A stretch of 64,000 nucleotides of DNA. It comes from Octopus vulgaris (Eukaryota). The stretch is from assembly GCA_951406725.2 (NCBI GenBank), contig OX597815.1, positions 93,744,001 to 93,808,000 on the forward strand. The letters are read 5' to 3'. The position numbers and the translations under genes are program-made. Of the stretch, positions 39,301 through 49,928 are shown one piece after another; the first letter of the stretch is position 1; every line of letters begins with the position of its first letter. The notes beneath the pieces were generated by a model. The model saw nothing but the letters and a program-made list of their open reading frames with translations, did not search any database and had not been told where the DNA came from.

Positions 39301-42300
39301 CAGTCCACTACAACTACTTTGCAACAAGTGACTCAGCTGTCTTCACCATCAGTACAAATTTCTAACACATAAACACACTCTGTAAGAACAATTTTACAAC
39401 AATTTGTCTAGCTGTATTCACTATAAAATCATGGCATATTGATTTAACTGATTGTAGCCTCCCTGCAATAAAACCTTATAAATCTCACATCAGAAAATAA
39501 TGTAAACCTATAAATTCAAATGTTAAACATGAAAACTATAAAATTTAGCAAAGATGTGTAAGACATATCTTTTGTTGTTTTAGTTCCAGAAAACAATCAG
39601 CAGAAAAGACCCAACTTATTTCTTGCCAATGGGGAGAATGGGGAGACATATACAGTCATTTGACCTGCTAGAAATAGCAAACAGATATCCTTCAAATCGC
39701 ACTCTATTGTCTTAATAAAGGAAAGACATTACTGATGTGGTCTTAAAAAGATTGTCTAAAAATAAGATGGAATGTTCATGGCTAGAATATTGTTAATCAC
39801 AGAGCTTCTGGGTCAGGCCAAACTTGGGCCTAAACAAATGTTATTCCTGTTGTTTAGGCCCAAGTGAAAAGAAAATATATTAGTAATAACTATACCTCTA
39901 AAGTTTTCATTTCTTGTACAGTATTGTGGAGATAGGCAACAGCTCTCTCTGCTATTTCCCATGGACGATTCAGTAGAGACAGTAAAGCACATTGTCGAGA
40001 AAAAAGATAATTGCGGAATTCTAAAAGACTAGCTTTATTCATTTTGATTAAATCTCTTTTGTCCCAGTTAAGAGCTTTACTTAGTGATATTCCAGCCCAT
40101 TTTGTACATGGCTCAATGAATGGAGTCAACCAATCCACAGTTTCTGGAAAAAGAGGCAAAGTGGTCAGATTACTTGTCATTGTATAACATTTGCGTAACA
40201 CATAAGTCTAAAAGAAAACACTCACCTACATTTTATGGCAACCTTGTTTTGTGCATCAATTATTTTATATCAATCTTTTCATACTTACACCTTTATTTGT
40301 TAGCTAAAATGCTTTTATAGTAGAATGATGTCTTTCCTATGCAGCTGTGAAGTAGTAAGTAAACCTTATTTTTTTGCTTACCCATAACTGGTGTAATAAA
40401 GAGTTAGGTACCTTGTCTACAGACACAGAGAATGAGAGAAGTAAGATCTGAACTTATTAATCATGTGGTCAATATTTCAGCCTCTTATCTTCACAGCCAC
40501 CCTATCTCATCACATACAAATAATTTTTACAGTTCTACTGTTAACCACTGAACTGAGAGGTAGAAGTAAAATTAATCAATAAGATAAATTAAGGCAAACT
40601 GTCTGATTAATAAACCATCATAGGTACTTATTTTGATAACCTACCTCCAGCGGCATGATTTAGCAAAAATTGTGTAAACAAAGCATCTAACTCATCATAT
40701 TGCAGAAGACTGTCATCATAGACTCCAAGCATTTCAAACATAAAAGCCAGTTCTTCCTGAAATATTTAAAATATTTTATAAAAGATATTTTACTATAATA
40801 CAGACAGAATATTAATATATATATATATATAAAATAGATCAAAACTGAAAAAAATTTATTCATTTCACACACAATTAAATCAAAAGTTGAATATTATGTA
40901 TCTATGGTAAAAGACATGAATACAAATCTCAAATAGTAAAAATAATAATGAAATTTTTGTATACAGTGCTCAGGTGCACTACAACTTGTCAAAAGTGCAT
41001 ATAAAGCATATGTAGTAATGTACAAATGTCTGGGAAGTGAACAGTGTATGAGTCAGATACATGCTTGCGTATATGGAGGGGAGAAAATCAGGCATAGTGT
41101 TGGCAAATCTCAGGAAGCATGGAAGTTTTGAAGGATGCAGTGCTCCAACAACTAACAACTGATGCCGGCAGTTTGTTCCATGCTTCAGCAACTCTTAGTG
41201 TGAAAAAATGTTTCCGAAAGTCATGGGAGCTGTGCTGTTTTCTGACTTTGTAAACATGTCCATGGGTGTTAGGCAGGTGGAATTTGAAAAGGTGCTCAGA
41301 GTTATTGTTAGTAAGATGGTTAAAGCTGCCTCAAACCATCTTTGATACAAAACCACCTTAAATCATACTTTTATGTAAGAACCTGTTAAGTTATGTCCCA
41401 AACGATAAATCAATAAGTGACAAAATTAGTTATTTTACTAAATTCTTCAAAATTTTGCTTATTTTCAAAATCAACAGAAATATATTGGCTATATATTTCA
41501 TTAGAAATAAGGTCAAAGATCTGTTCAATCAGGGCTGGTTTAGAGCTAAACAACAACACCTAACATCAAGACTTACAGAATTTAAGTTACCTGAACTAAA
41601 AAATACTCAGAGAAGCTCCATTTCTGTTCATTCCGTCTTTCCCTCAAAGATCTCATGTTTTCTTCGTATTTACTTAGGTGCCTGTTGAAAGATTGTAGCA
41701 ATAACTGCCGAAGACGTTGGTAGAAGTTATTCCAGGAATCCATACACCTTTGGTCACCCTTGTGAGGTTCTGTCAAAACAATGCATCTTCAAACAAGACA
41801 AACAGAAATGGTAATTCAGATTTAAGAAATCACAATTTGAAACAGGCAACAATAAATACTAGAATTCTTACAGTTATTAAACTAATAAGGTGTATATGAG
41901 TGTACATATCATAATCATCAATTGTTTGTTTGTTTTTACATTGTATCAGTTGGATGGATTATCACAGTCTGAGTCTGTTTTTATTTAGAGTTACTGTCCT
42001 CCTAGATAGGTCAGAGGACCAAATATTAATCACGTTTCATTTTTAGCTTGGTTTCTATGGCTGGCTGCCCTTCCAATTACAAACTACTTAATAGTGTACA
42101 GGGTGCATTTTATCATGACACCAGCACTAGTGAGGTATTGGTGCCACTATAAAGCTCTACCAAGGCGCTTTAAAAAGTATCCTGGAAAGATTTTATAGTA
42201 ACACCAATACTTGTTGCTTTGTACTCTGCAATTAGAGACCTCACTCTTCTGTGATGTATTCATTCACTCAGGTGAAGAGATGAATAGAAAGGAAAGAGCA

Positions 42301-42603
42301 AAAAATAACAGAAGAACTAGGTTGGGTGAATAAAAAGAGTAATAATGAATGGCAGAAGCAGAGATTTGAGTGAGAGGGTCATAGAGGAGATGAAGGGATG
42401 AGAGAGTGATTAGAAGTGGATATCAATAGATGAGAGAGTATTAGAAGTGGATATCAATAACAAGTGGCTTGGAGATGAGAGAGTAATGAAAGGAAGTACA
42501 GAATGGATAATGATAGAGTGTATAGGGTAAACTAGATATCACGCAATCTCTTATGCATATGTCACATGATGGTTGAAGGTGATAAGAATGATCTCTCTCA
42601 CTC

Positions 42604-42647
<44 letters not shown>

Positions 42648-45600
42648 TTATTTATAATAAGAGTAGATCGTATACGAGTGGGTATATATTTGTAAAAAAG
42701 AAGTTTGAAAACACCACTATATTAGATAAATTTTAATTTTCTTATGAATTTTACATGTTTCGGTTCTTGAAAAAAACGAACCTTATCAAAAATATTATAA
42801 AAAGTAAAGTGTAATAGAAAAGTTCATAATTGTTTCTTACTGGTCTCAATAGAATCCATGTGGTGGTGTTTTGTCGGTAGTAGGTATAATAGCTATAAAT
42901 TTCAAGTTGAGTGTAGTAAAGAAGTTCATTATTGTTTCTGAAATGGTAGCAGCAGTAGACTACTGCTGCTACCATTTCCCATTAACCAGAGCAATTGTTA
43001 GATAAAAAACTACAATTATAAACATAAGCAACAATACTTACCTATCAACCTGCTTCCCACAGAAATCACTTTTCACTCTATCAATAACTGATGATCGAGG
43101 CAAAAGCTTAGCCTTTACTTTACTTTCATCACTGACGACAACAACTATTAACCAGTCAGGTATATTGTTGCTCTTCAATGCAGTATGCCATTCAGTTATA
43201 TCTTCTCGTACTGACTGCTTGTAGTTGTCCACATCCTGGTAATGACAGTACAACACTATTCACCGTTTTATACATAATATTTAAATTCATAGACATGACA
43301 CACAGTTTAAAGACTTGTTTTAAATCCTTTCTTTCAATGTTATTATGGTTTGGAGAAGATCAAGGGAAGTTAACAGGTCTAGGATATTGTCAATTTTTGG
43401 TTTTTCTGTTATAAGGTTGATCAAAATAAAGGGACAGAGTCCATGACCTACAAATGCTCTTTGGGGTTCAGTGAGATGATTGTAATTGACGTTTAGTTTA
43501 AACATCTCTGAAATGACACCGGCCGGAGGGGGGGGCTTAGGAAGGGAAGAAATCCTAGAAAGGAAGATTGGACATGATTGTTAATGTGGGGCAGTATGAA
43601 TGACAAAAAGAAGAGTGACAAGTGTGTTGGGTTGTGTGAGCCGGTACACAGCAAATTACTTCAAAGTATAAACTGTTTTTACAGGAAGATAACTTTCCTA
43701 CTACCAACCACACTAGTATAAGAGTTGTTAGTCAACCTGCTAGAAACAGCAGCAAAATCTACTTCAGGCTATACCATATTATTGTATACTCCAGAGTACA
43801 TTATCCCTGAAAAAGAGATGAAATGGTCATGTTAGAAAGCCTTTTGATCATGAGACTGCTTGATCAAGGCCAATTTGAAAGGAAGTAGAGTGTGTTCCTT
43901 GTCCATGAGCATGAAATACATGTAGCAGGAGGATTTAACACTGTAGCCATGATGTCAATAGTTCAATATTTTATTCTCATAATATTCAAAAGAACTATTT
44001 AAGAATAAGAATTGTTGATTTGCATGAAGAATCAGACAATTAGAATTGTGTTGACTAAGAATACAGCTAAACAATTTTGGAACATTTCTGAGATTGAGTA
44101 ACTGGATGCACATACCCTCAACAACAGCCAAAGATATTACATATATTTCAGATATATTGCACATGCAAGAGAGAGTGAGTATGACAAAAAATATTTGACT
44201 AACAATTTTAGTGTTGATGCTATAAAACCCCCATCAATATCCACCTCCATGTTTACTGCTTATACACAAAGTTTGAAATTTCTTTCATTAATCCTGCATA
44301 CGTGTATTTTTGTATGATATTTGTTTTCATTTTGTATTTTTTACAATGTTAGAATGAGACCAAGATTTGATCACAAAATCTTTCCCTCATTACACCAACA
44401 TTAAAAGTACTTAACTTTTACAGCTCTACCTTAGACTAATTCATTTTGGCCATTTTTAAGTAACCTAAATCTAGCCTTCTTACAACAACAAATCAAAACC
44501 ATAAAAATTTAATATTTTTATAACTTTTCAAAAATGAATGGTGGTTCAGTTGTTTTTAATTCAGTATTGAGTTGTGTGGCCTATTTAAAGAAAACATGTG
44601 AAACTTCTTGCTTTCCCATAGAAAGCTCTAGTAACAAGAAGTAGCTTAAATGTATTCATCATATTTTAATATTTGCACCATGAACAGAAGCTTTGTGGTT
44701 GACTGACTATACTGGCTCTGGTAGCAACTAGCAATGAGCCACCAGCTGTTTTTAAACCCAGTGCCCAAACAGTGACCTGTAATCACAACCGCAGATGCTC
44801 GTGAACAAATGCAAGTGTCTGTACATTGTCCCTGATGGACCCACTGTTTTTCCTCTCTTCATGTCCTTAATCACTATATCTACTATACTGCTGTCAACTT
44901 GAATTGCTGATCCCTTTGTAAGCTCAGCATGAGAATTATCCCATGCATTCTCCACATTCAGCAGCCTCTTATAATAGCACTTCCACACCATTTTCTTGCT
45001 TACTAATGGTGATTATGACTTCATCAATTTGAATACACTTCTCACCACTGACCTCTCTCTCACACATTATCTCACAATCCTGAATATTTCACACCTCTGA
45101 TCCTCTCATAACAAGACATGAGCAAATCTTTTCCTGTGTGCCTCACCCTTGGCCACATATACTGATCATCTAGCTGCTCTTTTAGTCATTTAATAATACT
45201 CCCTACAACCACCTTCCTTCCAGGTTTTCTAAGCCTCTACTGTCTTATCAAACATGTCATTCCACCACCACATTATATTTGGTTTAGCTAGAACTTAGCA
45301 CCAGGCTTAAGCTAGGTATTTTGTAGAAATTTCCAGTTGTCATCTATGCCATAGATATCTAAATCTTTCTCATTAGAGTCACATGCATCATTTAGAATTT
45401 CTCGAAACATATTCTCAATTACAGAAACTTTTAGTTTTCATATCTTCCTTCTCCAGGTTGTCTTCTGTTTCTGTGTTTATATAAATATATATCTTTTACA
45501 GAAATACATCAGTCATAAAAATGATATTTTATAGTAATTTTTCTTCTCAAGTTACACAGATGTTTCTTTGTAATTCAAATCATCATAAATGCAGTGATCA

Positions 45601-47475
45601 TATGATTGGCCTTTGGAAATCTACAACCTTATGACACTATAGTTTACAAACTGCAATATAAATTAAACTTTAAAAAATTAAATAAAGATCAGTGAACCTC
45701 ACATAATATTTTTCAGAACACTCAAAGCTATGATACTTGCCACCTATTCCTTTAAAAAGTCCTTTATTCATAACTGTTAAACATTACAAAAATTATTAAA
45801 GAATGAGACAGAAAATGTAAGAAATTCCAATATATTTAGAATCCCTCAATCTCCTTCAATGATAAGTAACAGGATGCTACATTAGGAGAATATTTATCTT
45901 CCAATACCAAGTCCAAGAAAACTCATGTCAATATAAAAAGACAAACATGAATACCACCATTACCATGCTCCCAAGCTTGTCCATTTGCTCAATCTGCTAG
46001 AAATAGCAACCATAATCCCCTCAAATCCCCTACTTTCTTAAAACAGGAAGGACACATTAAATTATACAGTCCTTGATACACTGCATAAGGAGAAAAAACA
46101 GGAAGCTGGTGACTAGAATCATACTTGATCAGGGCTGACCTGGGGCTCAACAGCATCAACAACACAGATGAATTATAAAGAAAAACAATTCAATGAAACT
46201 GAATATGTGTAAAAACTGAATATTTAAAAATAAAAATAACAACACATACACATTCAGTCCAATATATATGGAAGAATGGTCGGCTAATAAGTGATTTATC
46301 ATTTTCTGTTGGTAGAATATCTTCGTCATAGGGAACAAAACTGGCATCAAGACACACAAACTTTGATGATCTCCCATAGGATCTACAACAAAAAGAAAGT
46401 TGGCATCAGTATTTAAATACATTCAAAGTTATTAAAAGAACATTAAAAAAAAATAACTGTTTTCCTTGTTTCATTGTTTCAGTCATTGGCTTATGACCAC
46501 GATAAAATATTGCTTTGAAAGGTTTAGGTGATGAAAAAACAGAGTGTTCCCAAACAGAATACTTTTGACCATAACCTGGAATTAAACATCAACAATAACA
46601 ATCACTTCCCTTGTTATCTCTACAGTGTTTCGTTCCATGGATCTCATAGCAAACACAATATCCAATTGTCCTCATCCCAAACTGTATCTTTCTGCAACAC
46701 TCTCTGCTTATGTTACCTCACCATACATAAGGCCTCCAAACTTTATGCGAACAGTCTTCATCAATAATAAAAAAAGAGCTGGTGAAGGTTGACATTTGAC
46801 CAAAAATAATTGACAGACTAACCTTTTCCATTCTGTAGCTTCCTTGGGCAGTCCTCGGTTGATGTGTGCTTGTAACCCAGAGAATAGGGAAGAATCTCCA
46901 TAACCTGGTTTGTAGAATATACTGATATTTACTTAAAATCTATATTTTACATTCATATAACAAAACAGGAAGTTGGAAAATTTTTTAGTATTATTCCCCA
47001 TTACACATATTTCATTTGCTAATAGGAATCACAAAATTGTCCATGTTAGATAAACATGTAAGAAATTTCATATTAGAAATTCTTCAGACAAAGAATAAAA
47101 CAATACAAAATCTACATTTAAACAAAATATTTATATATAGGTTAGTAATAAGGAATACTATAAATAGTTGGGGGAAAGAAAAAAGATGACCATCACTACA
47201 CTGTTTGATGATGGTAAATAAGCTGCAAACTTTACCTTCAGTCAATAGTCACTTTGTAAAAATATATTTCAATTTTATGGTTGACTGCTTTTATATATAA
47301 CTTCAAATAAAAACAAACATGAATCTGTGTGTGTGTGTTTGTAAATCGTTTTGATAAAACCTGAACAGTCCCATCACATAAACTCTGAATTACTACAGAG
47401 TGAATCATTGACTTTACAAACGATGTTTACTTCATGTATTAAATATTGTTATTCACATTTGCATTTCTGTGTATG

Positions 47476-47526
<51 letters not shown>

Positions 47527-49928
47527 GGATAAAGTGCCAACCAGTCAGATAGAGAAAGAGAGTGTGTGTACATGTTTCAAAATAAGTATGAAATATAATT
47601 ATCTAGAAACAGGAGGGAAAGACTTTGTAATCAAATCTTGGTTGTGTCCCAACAATATCAAAAATACAGAATAAAAACTTATATAATATTCCTATAACGA
47701 TGCTCAATGTTTCTGAAATGTTTCAGTATTCTATGAACTAAAATAAAAAAAGAGAATGGTTATGAAGTCAAGATTCTGGACTTATGATGACATGATCATA
47801 AGTTCAAAGCTATTGGTATTACTGACAGGAAATAAGTTGTATTTGGGGCTCATGGTTGTGACATTGATAGGAGAAACTGTAAGAACAAAAACAAAATATC
47901 CCATCCATCCATATATGGTAATAACATATAAAAAATGAAGCTGGGTGATAACAGAAACAATGAATAGCCAAATTTGATTTATAGTATTAAATTTAAAGAG
48001 GAAAGAGTTCTTTTTTATATATGACTTAGAGGAGGGAAGCAACACTTTTCTTAAGATCCAAGGCTATTGGGAGGAAAACCTAATTCAAACACCTGCGACT
48101 GAATAAATTTGTTAAGCATATTCAAGCACCAAATAGTTGAGTTAACTGTAATGAATAAAGTCTGTCACAAAAAAAAGGCAATGTTTCTTTTGGTGAACTT
48201 CTCTAAATATCAATTATATATCAAGCATAAGGTTTTGCTTGAACTGATCTATGCTAAAAAACACCTGAACAATGTGCCATGCAGTAAGACTGATCCCAAA
48301 ACCAAGTAATTGCAAAGGAAACTTTCTAACCACACAATCTTGCCTGATTGTTGAGATCAGTGTGGTTGATATTCAGCATAAACCTTTATAGGTCGATGTC
48401 AGCGGAAGGAAATGTGGATAGAGTGGAGTTCCAGGAAAGACTAGGAATGTGTGATGATGAGTGGAGTAGAGGTGATGGTACAGTTTTCTTGGTGAATGCA
48501 GTTATTTCAGAGAAGAACCATTATAGTAACAATATCATAGAGAGACACAGAGAGAGGGAGGGAGGATACTGTTGGTTGTAATAGGAAAGGTGAAAATGTG
48601 GAGCACATATTTCTCTTACTCAACTTCTAGGCATCATATCTTGGAATCCACTGCTTGCTCCTAACACTTCTATAAAGTGGGATAAGCCAGCATAGAAGCC
48701 TTTACATACTCGCTAACCTGATAGAAATAACCAAAACTCCTTTATACCACACAATAAATAAAACACAATCTATAATATCGTTCACTGTTTAAAAAAAAAT
48801 GTTGGAATTGTAACATCTGGAATACCTTTGATAAGTAGGTTTGCTTGATAAGAGATGATCTGGAGCTTGGGAAGTCTATATGTGAACACTTGAACACTAG
48901 CACCTACCTCAGATTCAGATTTCCTATACAAAGAGATGGACAATAGTTACGGTTTATAAGGGAAAATAAAACTTAAGCAGTATGATGTGGTTTGGGATTT
49001 TGGCTGTTATTTGTAACAGGTCAAGTAACCAGTTGAATGTTACCTAATTATTTCGGTGAAATATTGCTTTCAAATCTTAGTACAAGACCAGCAGTTTTGG
49101 GGGGAGGGATAGGTCGATTAGATGGACCCCAGTGCTCAACTGGTACTTATTTTATCGATGCCGAAAGGATGAAGGGCAAAGTCGACTTCGGCGGAGTTTG
49201 AACTCAGAACGTAAAGATGAACGAAATACCGCTAAGTATTTTACCCAGCGTGCTAACGATTCTATCAGCTCACCGCCTTAGATCGGTAAAATATTGAAAT
49301 AAGGTCTGTGTAGGTTTAAATATTGCTTGTTCTGTGTAATACAGATGCTTTCTACCACTGTGCTACGACACATTCGTGTAACGTGTATGGTAGGTAGGTG
49401 TGCCGCAAGTTTTTGAGGTGAGCCAGAAAATGTCAAAATATTTAGAAAACTTGGGTGTTTATTTCCTTTGTAGCGAAGTGCGATGAAAGAACCCAAGCTC
49501 CATTTTAAAACAATTTTAATGCTCATATTTTAATACAATGAAGTTTATAAGCCACAATACTTTTGGTGCCTTGTTCAGTGACTTTGGATCAAAACAGGTT
49601 GAAAATCGCTGGTGTAGTGTGTTATCAACGATAGTCATGTTTAGCACGGTAGTGAGTTGCTTCCATCAATTTATGTTAAGTGAACACCCGAGTTCATGAG
49701 ACACTGGAGCATTAAACAACTTCAACATTTAATGTTAATGTATAATTTTAATTCTGATTCCAATAAATGACATATGGAAGAGAATGGGATCAATGAACTG
49801 TGTCTAACTTTGTAGTTATTTTAACAATTGTTCTAAATACGAGAGCGAGAAGAAAATAAACAAGACGACAGCAGATTCACTTTAATGTATTTAATATACT
49901 CACATGTAACAACTGGTTTGGTTTCCAT
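6568..49928 (-). CDS. TRAPPC10: Trafficking protein particle complex subunit 10 (TRAPPII Trs130 ortholog), complete spliced CDS, 22 exons, ~1133 aa
   Basis: Exons (minus, 5'->3'): 49904-49928, 46823-46904, 46250-46382, 43042-43235, 41591-41786, 40645-40756, 39896-40143, 38972-39121, 37440-37557, 35962-36044, 34120-34211, 31413-31553, 29634-29737, 26300-26793, 25448-25595, 21672-21901, 18749-18849, 16539-16665, 15513-15680, 14468-14657, 7874-7996, 6568-6710. All introns are GT-AG, phases are consistent, and the total is 3402 nt. Motifs recognised from human TRAPPC10: METKPVVTC, EWKRSYGR, PFFHIYWTEC, WSFSEYFLVQEELAF, QYDELDALF, YLFSRQC, CWVFLSCLEVL, WAVCG, PLMAGFLPFP, QVYNSS. Confidence 0.95.
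7874..7996 (-). CDS. TRAPPC10: TRAPPC10 exon 21
   Basis: IVTL...IIPLMAGFLPFPLITLAKY (human MPLFAGYLPLP); cag/GTAACT. Confidence 0.92.
10425..14023 (+). mobile_element. Near-full-length decayed RTE-clade LINE (APE endonuclease + RT + 3' UTR + (GAT)n tail), antisense in TRAPPC10 intron 20
   Basis: APE motifs VGTLNIGTL, LQEVRWKG, GNFNGH, SQIDYIL; RT motifs QFGF, AFVDMEKAFD, GVHQGSVLSPLLF, LYTDD, FRYLG. Multiple stops and frameshifts. 5' boundary approximate. Confidence 0.93.
14468..14657 (-). CDS. TRAPPC10: TRAPPC10 exon 20
   Basis: TLYMITS...CKVGNVCHL...LLYEVV...WAVCGRVT; cag/GTAACC. Confidence 0.92.
15513..15680 (-). CDS. TRAPPC10: TRAPPC10 exon 19
   Basis: EVHNDQSICYMWQL...IHLDNIQ (human KQSVFFVWEL); tag/GTAAGT. 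Confidence 0.87.
16539..16665 (-). CDS. TRAPPC10: TRAPPC10 exon 18
   Basis: KYIQVEVKG... (human RKYVQV); cag/GTTAGT. Confidence 0.88.
18749..18849 (-). CDS. TRAPPC10: TRAPPC10 exon 17
   Basis: LTFESSFLHYPISCHVTFYPPLQFSHKVFSCQER; cag/GTAAGC; phase fits both neighbours. Confidence 0.85.
19400..20255 (+). mobile_element. DD37D-type transposon relic split by a SINE
   Basis: RQQDSAPNH...WLSEN...PNSP resumes as CNHMDYYIWG after 19945; ends cactg|ta. Confidence 0.75.
19601..19932 (+). mobile_element. tRNA-derived SINE with 13-bp target-site duplication
   Basis: A-box-like tggttagagc, B-box-like gagttcaattccc, core tgtgttcttgaacaagacactt, tail ctttact x2. TSD ctaattc(t/c)cctgt at 19588-19600 and 19933-19945. 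Confidence 0.85.
20435..20935. mobile_element. MITE-like element with long (~160 bp) imperfect terminal inverted repeats
   Basis: attagaattgacatgagataaacagatc (~20512) vs gatctgtttatctcatgtcaattctaat (~20819); ggtcattctaacattttgg vs ccaaaatgttagaatgacc. Confidence 0.75.
21010..21445. repeat. Degenerate ~38-bp minisatellite
   Basis: Recurring tattcag..tttaacaacagtac motif, about 10 units. Confidence 0.75.
21672..21901 (-). CDS. TRAPPC10: TRAPPC10 exon 16
   Basis: ELISGIKQDVELTLNT... (human LLAGIPQRVKFTVTT); cag/GTGAGT. Confidence 0.85.
22190..23015 (+). mobile_element. Decayed mariner-family transposase
   Basis: AAAKEINDVEGPGTVNKSVASNWF (HTH); VMLCVWW; HPAYSPELAPFDYH (YSPDLAPxD motif); many stops. 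Confidence 0.85.
23465..24888 (-). mobile_element. 5'-truncated RTE LINE (YADD through 3' UTR), same family as 10425-14023 but in opposite orientation
   Basis: ORF 24015-24560 EVVDSFRYLG...HGSETW...RGRPKKTW; LYADD at ~24870-24885; 3' UTR shared with the 10425-14023 copy. Confidence 0.92.
25045..25332 (+). mobile_element. RTE 3'-UTR-only fragment. Similar short copies at ~8645-8785(-), 17005-17190(-), 28392-28630(-), 30775-30867(+), 32105-32375(+), 51280-51480(-), 53343-53622(+), 61590-61815(+)
   Basis: Shared core ttaggaagggcatccagctgta...aacccatgccagcatggaaa...(GAT)n. Confidence 0.8.
25448..25595 (-). CDS. TRAPPC10: TRAPPC10 exon 15
   Basis: SCKRGLYKLGQLCIEMGHLEF...; cag/GTAAGT. Confidence 0.9.
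26300..26793 (-). CDS. TRAPPC10: TRAPPC10 exon 14
   Basis: 494-nt open exon with SSSIICTNTNELLKRADS and VLIKPGVNLVT (human TGIICRNVHMLLRRQES, TLEPGANQIT). Donor GTGAGT; a weaker in-frame donor would end the exon at 26306. Confidence 0.87.
26892..28380 (+). mobile_element. Non-autonomous Helitron-like element with internal tandem repeat, interrupted by the CR1 fragment
   Basis: 3' end ccgggcaaggccagg-ttatactg-CTGG|T gives a degenerate subterminal hairpin, CTRR and flanking T. Contains ~135-bp internal repeats. 5' boundary uncertain. Confidence 0.55.
27724..28312 (+). mobile_element. 5'-truncated CR1-clade LINE 3' end with (TTA)n tail
   Basis: VRPHLEFASSVWNP, LESVQRRATK, YSERL, NTRGH, FFTLRVAEAWNKLP; tail 28281-28312. 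Confidence 0.9.
29634..29737 (-). CDS. TRAPPC10: TRAPPC10 exon 13
   Basis: YAKTACYIVCSKNLSHSERCYYLDELIQLSRSDD; tag/GTAAGT. Confidence 0.87.
29738..31412 (-). other. U12-type (minor spliceosome) GT-AG intron of TRAPPC10
   Basis: 5' site GTATCCTTTGG matches the RTATCCTTT consensus. The 3' end TTCCTGATCAGTATCTCTAG has a branch-like TTCCTGA ~13 nt from the AG and no real polypyrimidine tract. Confidence 0.85.
31413..31553 (-). CDS. TRAPPC10: TRAPPC10 exon 12
   Basis: KQESPQKAEGFLLDAMKMYKQEGW...LAQCQKKL; followed by U12-type donor GTATCCTTT. Confidence 0.92.
32031..32915 (-). mobile_element. Tc1/mariner DD37D (maT-type) transposon 3' part with TIR, interrupted by an RTE fragment
   Basis: WQQD-(37 aa)-DYYVWG counted from ORF 32578-32928; terminus TA|CAGGGTG at 32031. 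Confidence 0.85.
34120..34211 (-). CDS. TRAPPC10: TRAPPC10 exon 11
   Basis: DLSELAMGTYKHIGRMRSARIIGQDVAEFY; tag/GTAAGA. Confidence 0.93.
34793..35005. mobile_element. Short non-autonomous mariner-like element
   Basis: Imperfect TIRs gcactgaaaagttcctgg / ccaggaacgttttagcac. Confidence 0.6.
35962..36044 (-). CDS. TRAPPC10: TRAPPC10 exon 10
   Basis: STTGSPRPIDRLREALSSRQSFQRHYL; tag/GTAAAT; an alternative in-frame cag acceptor lies 12 nt further in. Confidence 0.87.
36910..37385. repeat. Degenerate (GAT/AAT)n low-complexity tract
   Basis: Repeated gatgacaaatgtgatgat-like units. Confidence 0.9.
37440..37557 (-). CDS. TRAPPC10: TRAPPC10 exon 9
   Basis: LKELGVLCGLMP...LNKVVDLLFGMG; cag/GTGAGT. 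Confidence 0.92.
38142..38228. repeat. 28-bp inverted repeat with 31-bp spacer
   Basis: gtttcatgacctagcagtctgacagatt / aatctgtcaaactgctaggtcatgaaac (1 mismatch). Confidence 0.9.
38972..39121 (-). CDS. TRAPPC10: TRAPPC10 exon 8
   Basis: IEMPEGSLACWVFLSCLEVL...LWDYARKK; cag/GTAAGT. Confidence 0.93.
39896..40143 (-). CDS. TRAPPC10: TRAPPC10 exon 7
   Basis: TVDWLTPF...EFRNYLFSRQC...RPWEIAERA...MKTLE; cag/GTATAG. Confidence 0.93.
40645..40756 (-). CDS. TRAPPC10: TRAPPC10 exon 6
   Basis: EELAFMFEMLGVYDDSLLQYDELDALFTQFLLNHAAG; cag/GTAGGT. Confidence 0.93.
40940..41322 (-). mobile_element. CR1 LINE 3' fragment, same family as 27724-28312
   Basis: Reverse complement contains cacagctcccatgactttcggaaacattttttcac and gtagtgcacctgagcactgta. 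Confidence 0.85.
41591..41786 (-). CDS. TRAPPC10: TRAPPC10 exon 5
   Basis: CIVLTEP...YEENMRSLRERRNEQKWSFSEYFLVQ; aag/GTAACT. Confidence 0.92.
43042..43235 (-). CDS. TRAPPC10: TRAPPC10 exon 4
   Basis: DVDNYKQSVREDITEW...LPRSSVIDRVKSDFCGKQVDR; cag/GTAAGT. Confidence 0.93.
44750..45470 (-). mobile_element. Old RTE LINE internal fragment
   Basis: WKCYYKRLLNVENAW...KDMKRGKTVGPSG, homologous to 11790-11960; WWN motif at ~45265. Confidence 0.75.
46250..46382 (-). CDS. TRAPPC10: TRAPPC10 exon 3
   Basis: SYGRSSKFVCLDASFVPY...PFFHIYWTEC; tag/GTATGT. Confidence 0.92.
46823..46904 (-). CDS. TRAPPC10: TRAPPC10 exon 2
   Basis: CYGDSSLFSGLQAHINRGLPKEATEWKR; cag acceptor, GTTAGT donor. Confidence 0.9.
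49075..49279 (-). mobile_element. SINE with a cctttcatcctttcggggtcgataaaataagtacc-type core (Meta-like domain). Relatives at ~38685-38885(-) and ~51765-51965(+)
   Basis: B-box-like gagttcaaactcc and the conserved core are seen in three copies; the family name is an inference. Confidence 0.75.
49904..49928 (-). CDS. TRAPPC10: TRAPPC10 coding exon 1 (METKPVVT)
   Basis: ATG at 49928, donor T|GTGAGT; matches human MENKPIVTC. Confidence 0.85.

Noticed and set aside
42400-42460. 31-bp tandem duplication (also ~24-bp units at 16290-16350)
   Set aside because: Ordinary slippage in purine-rich intronic DNA.
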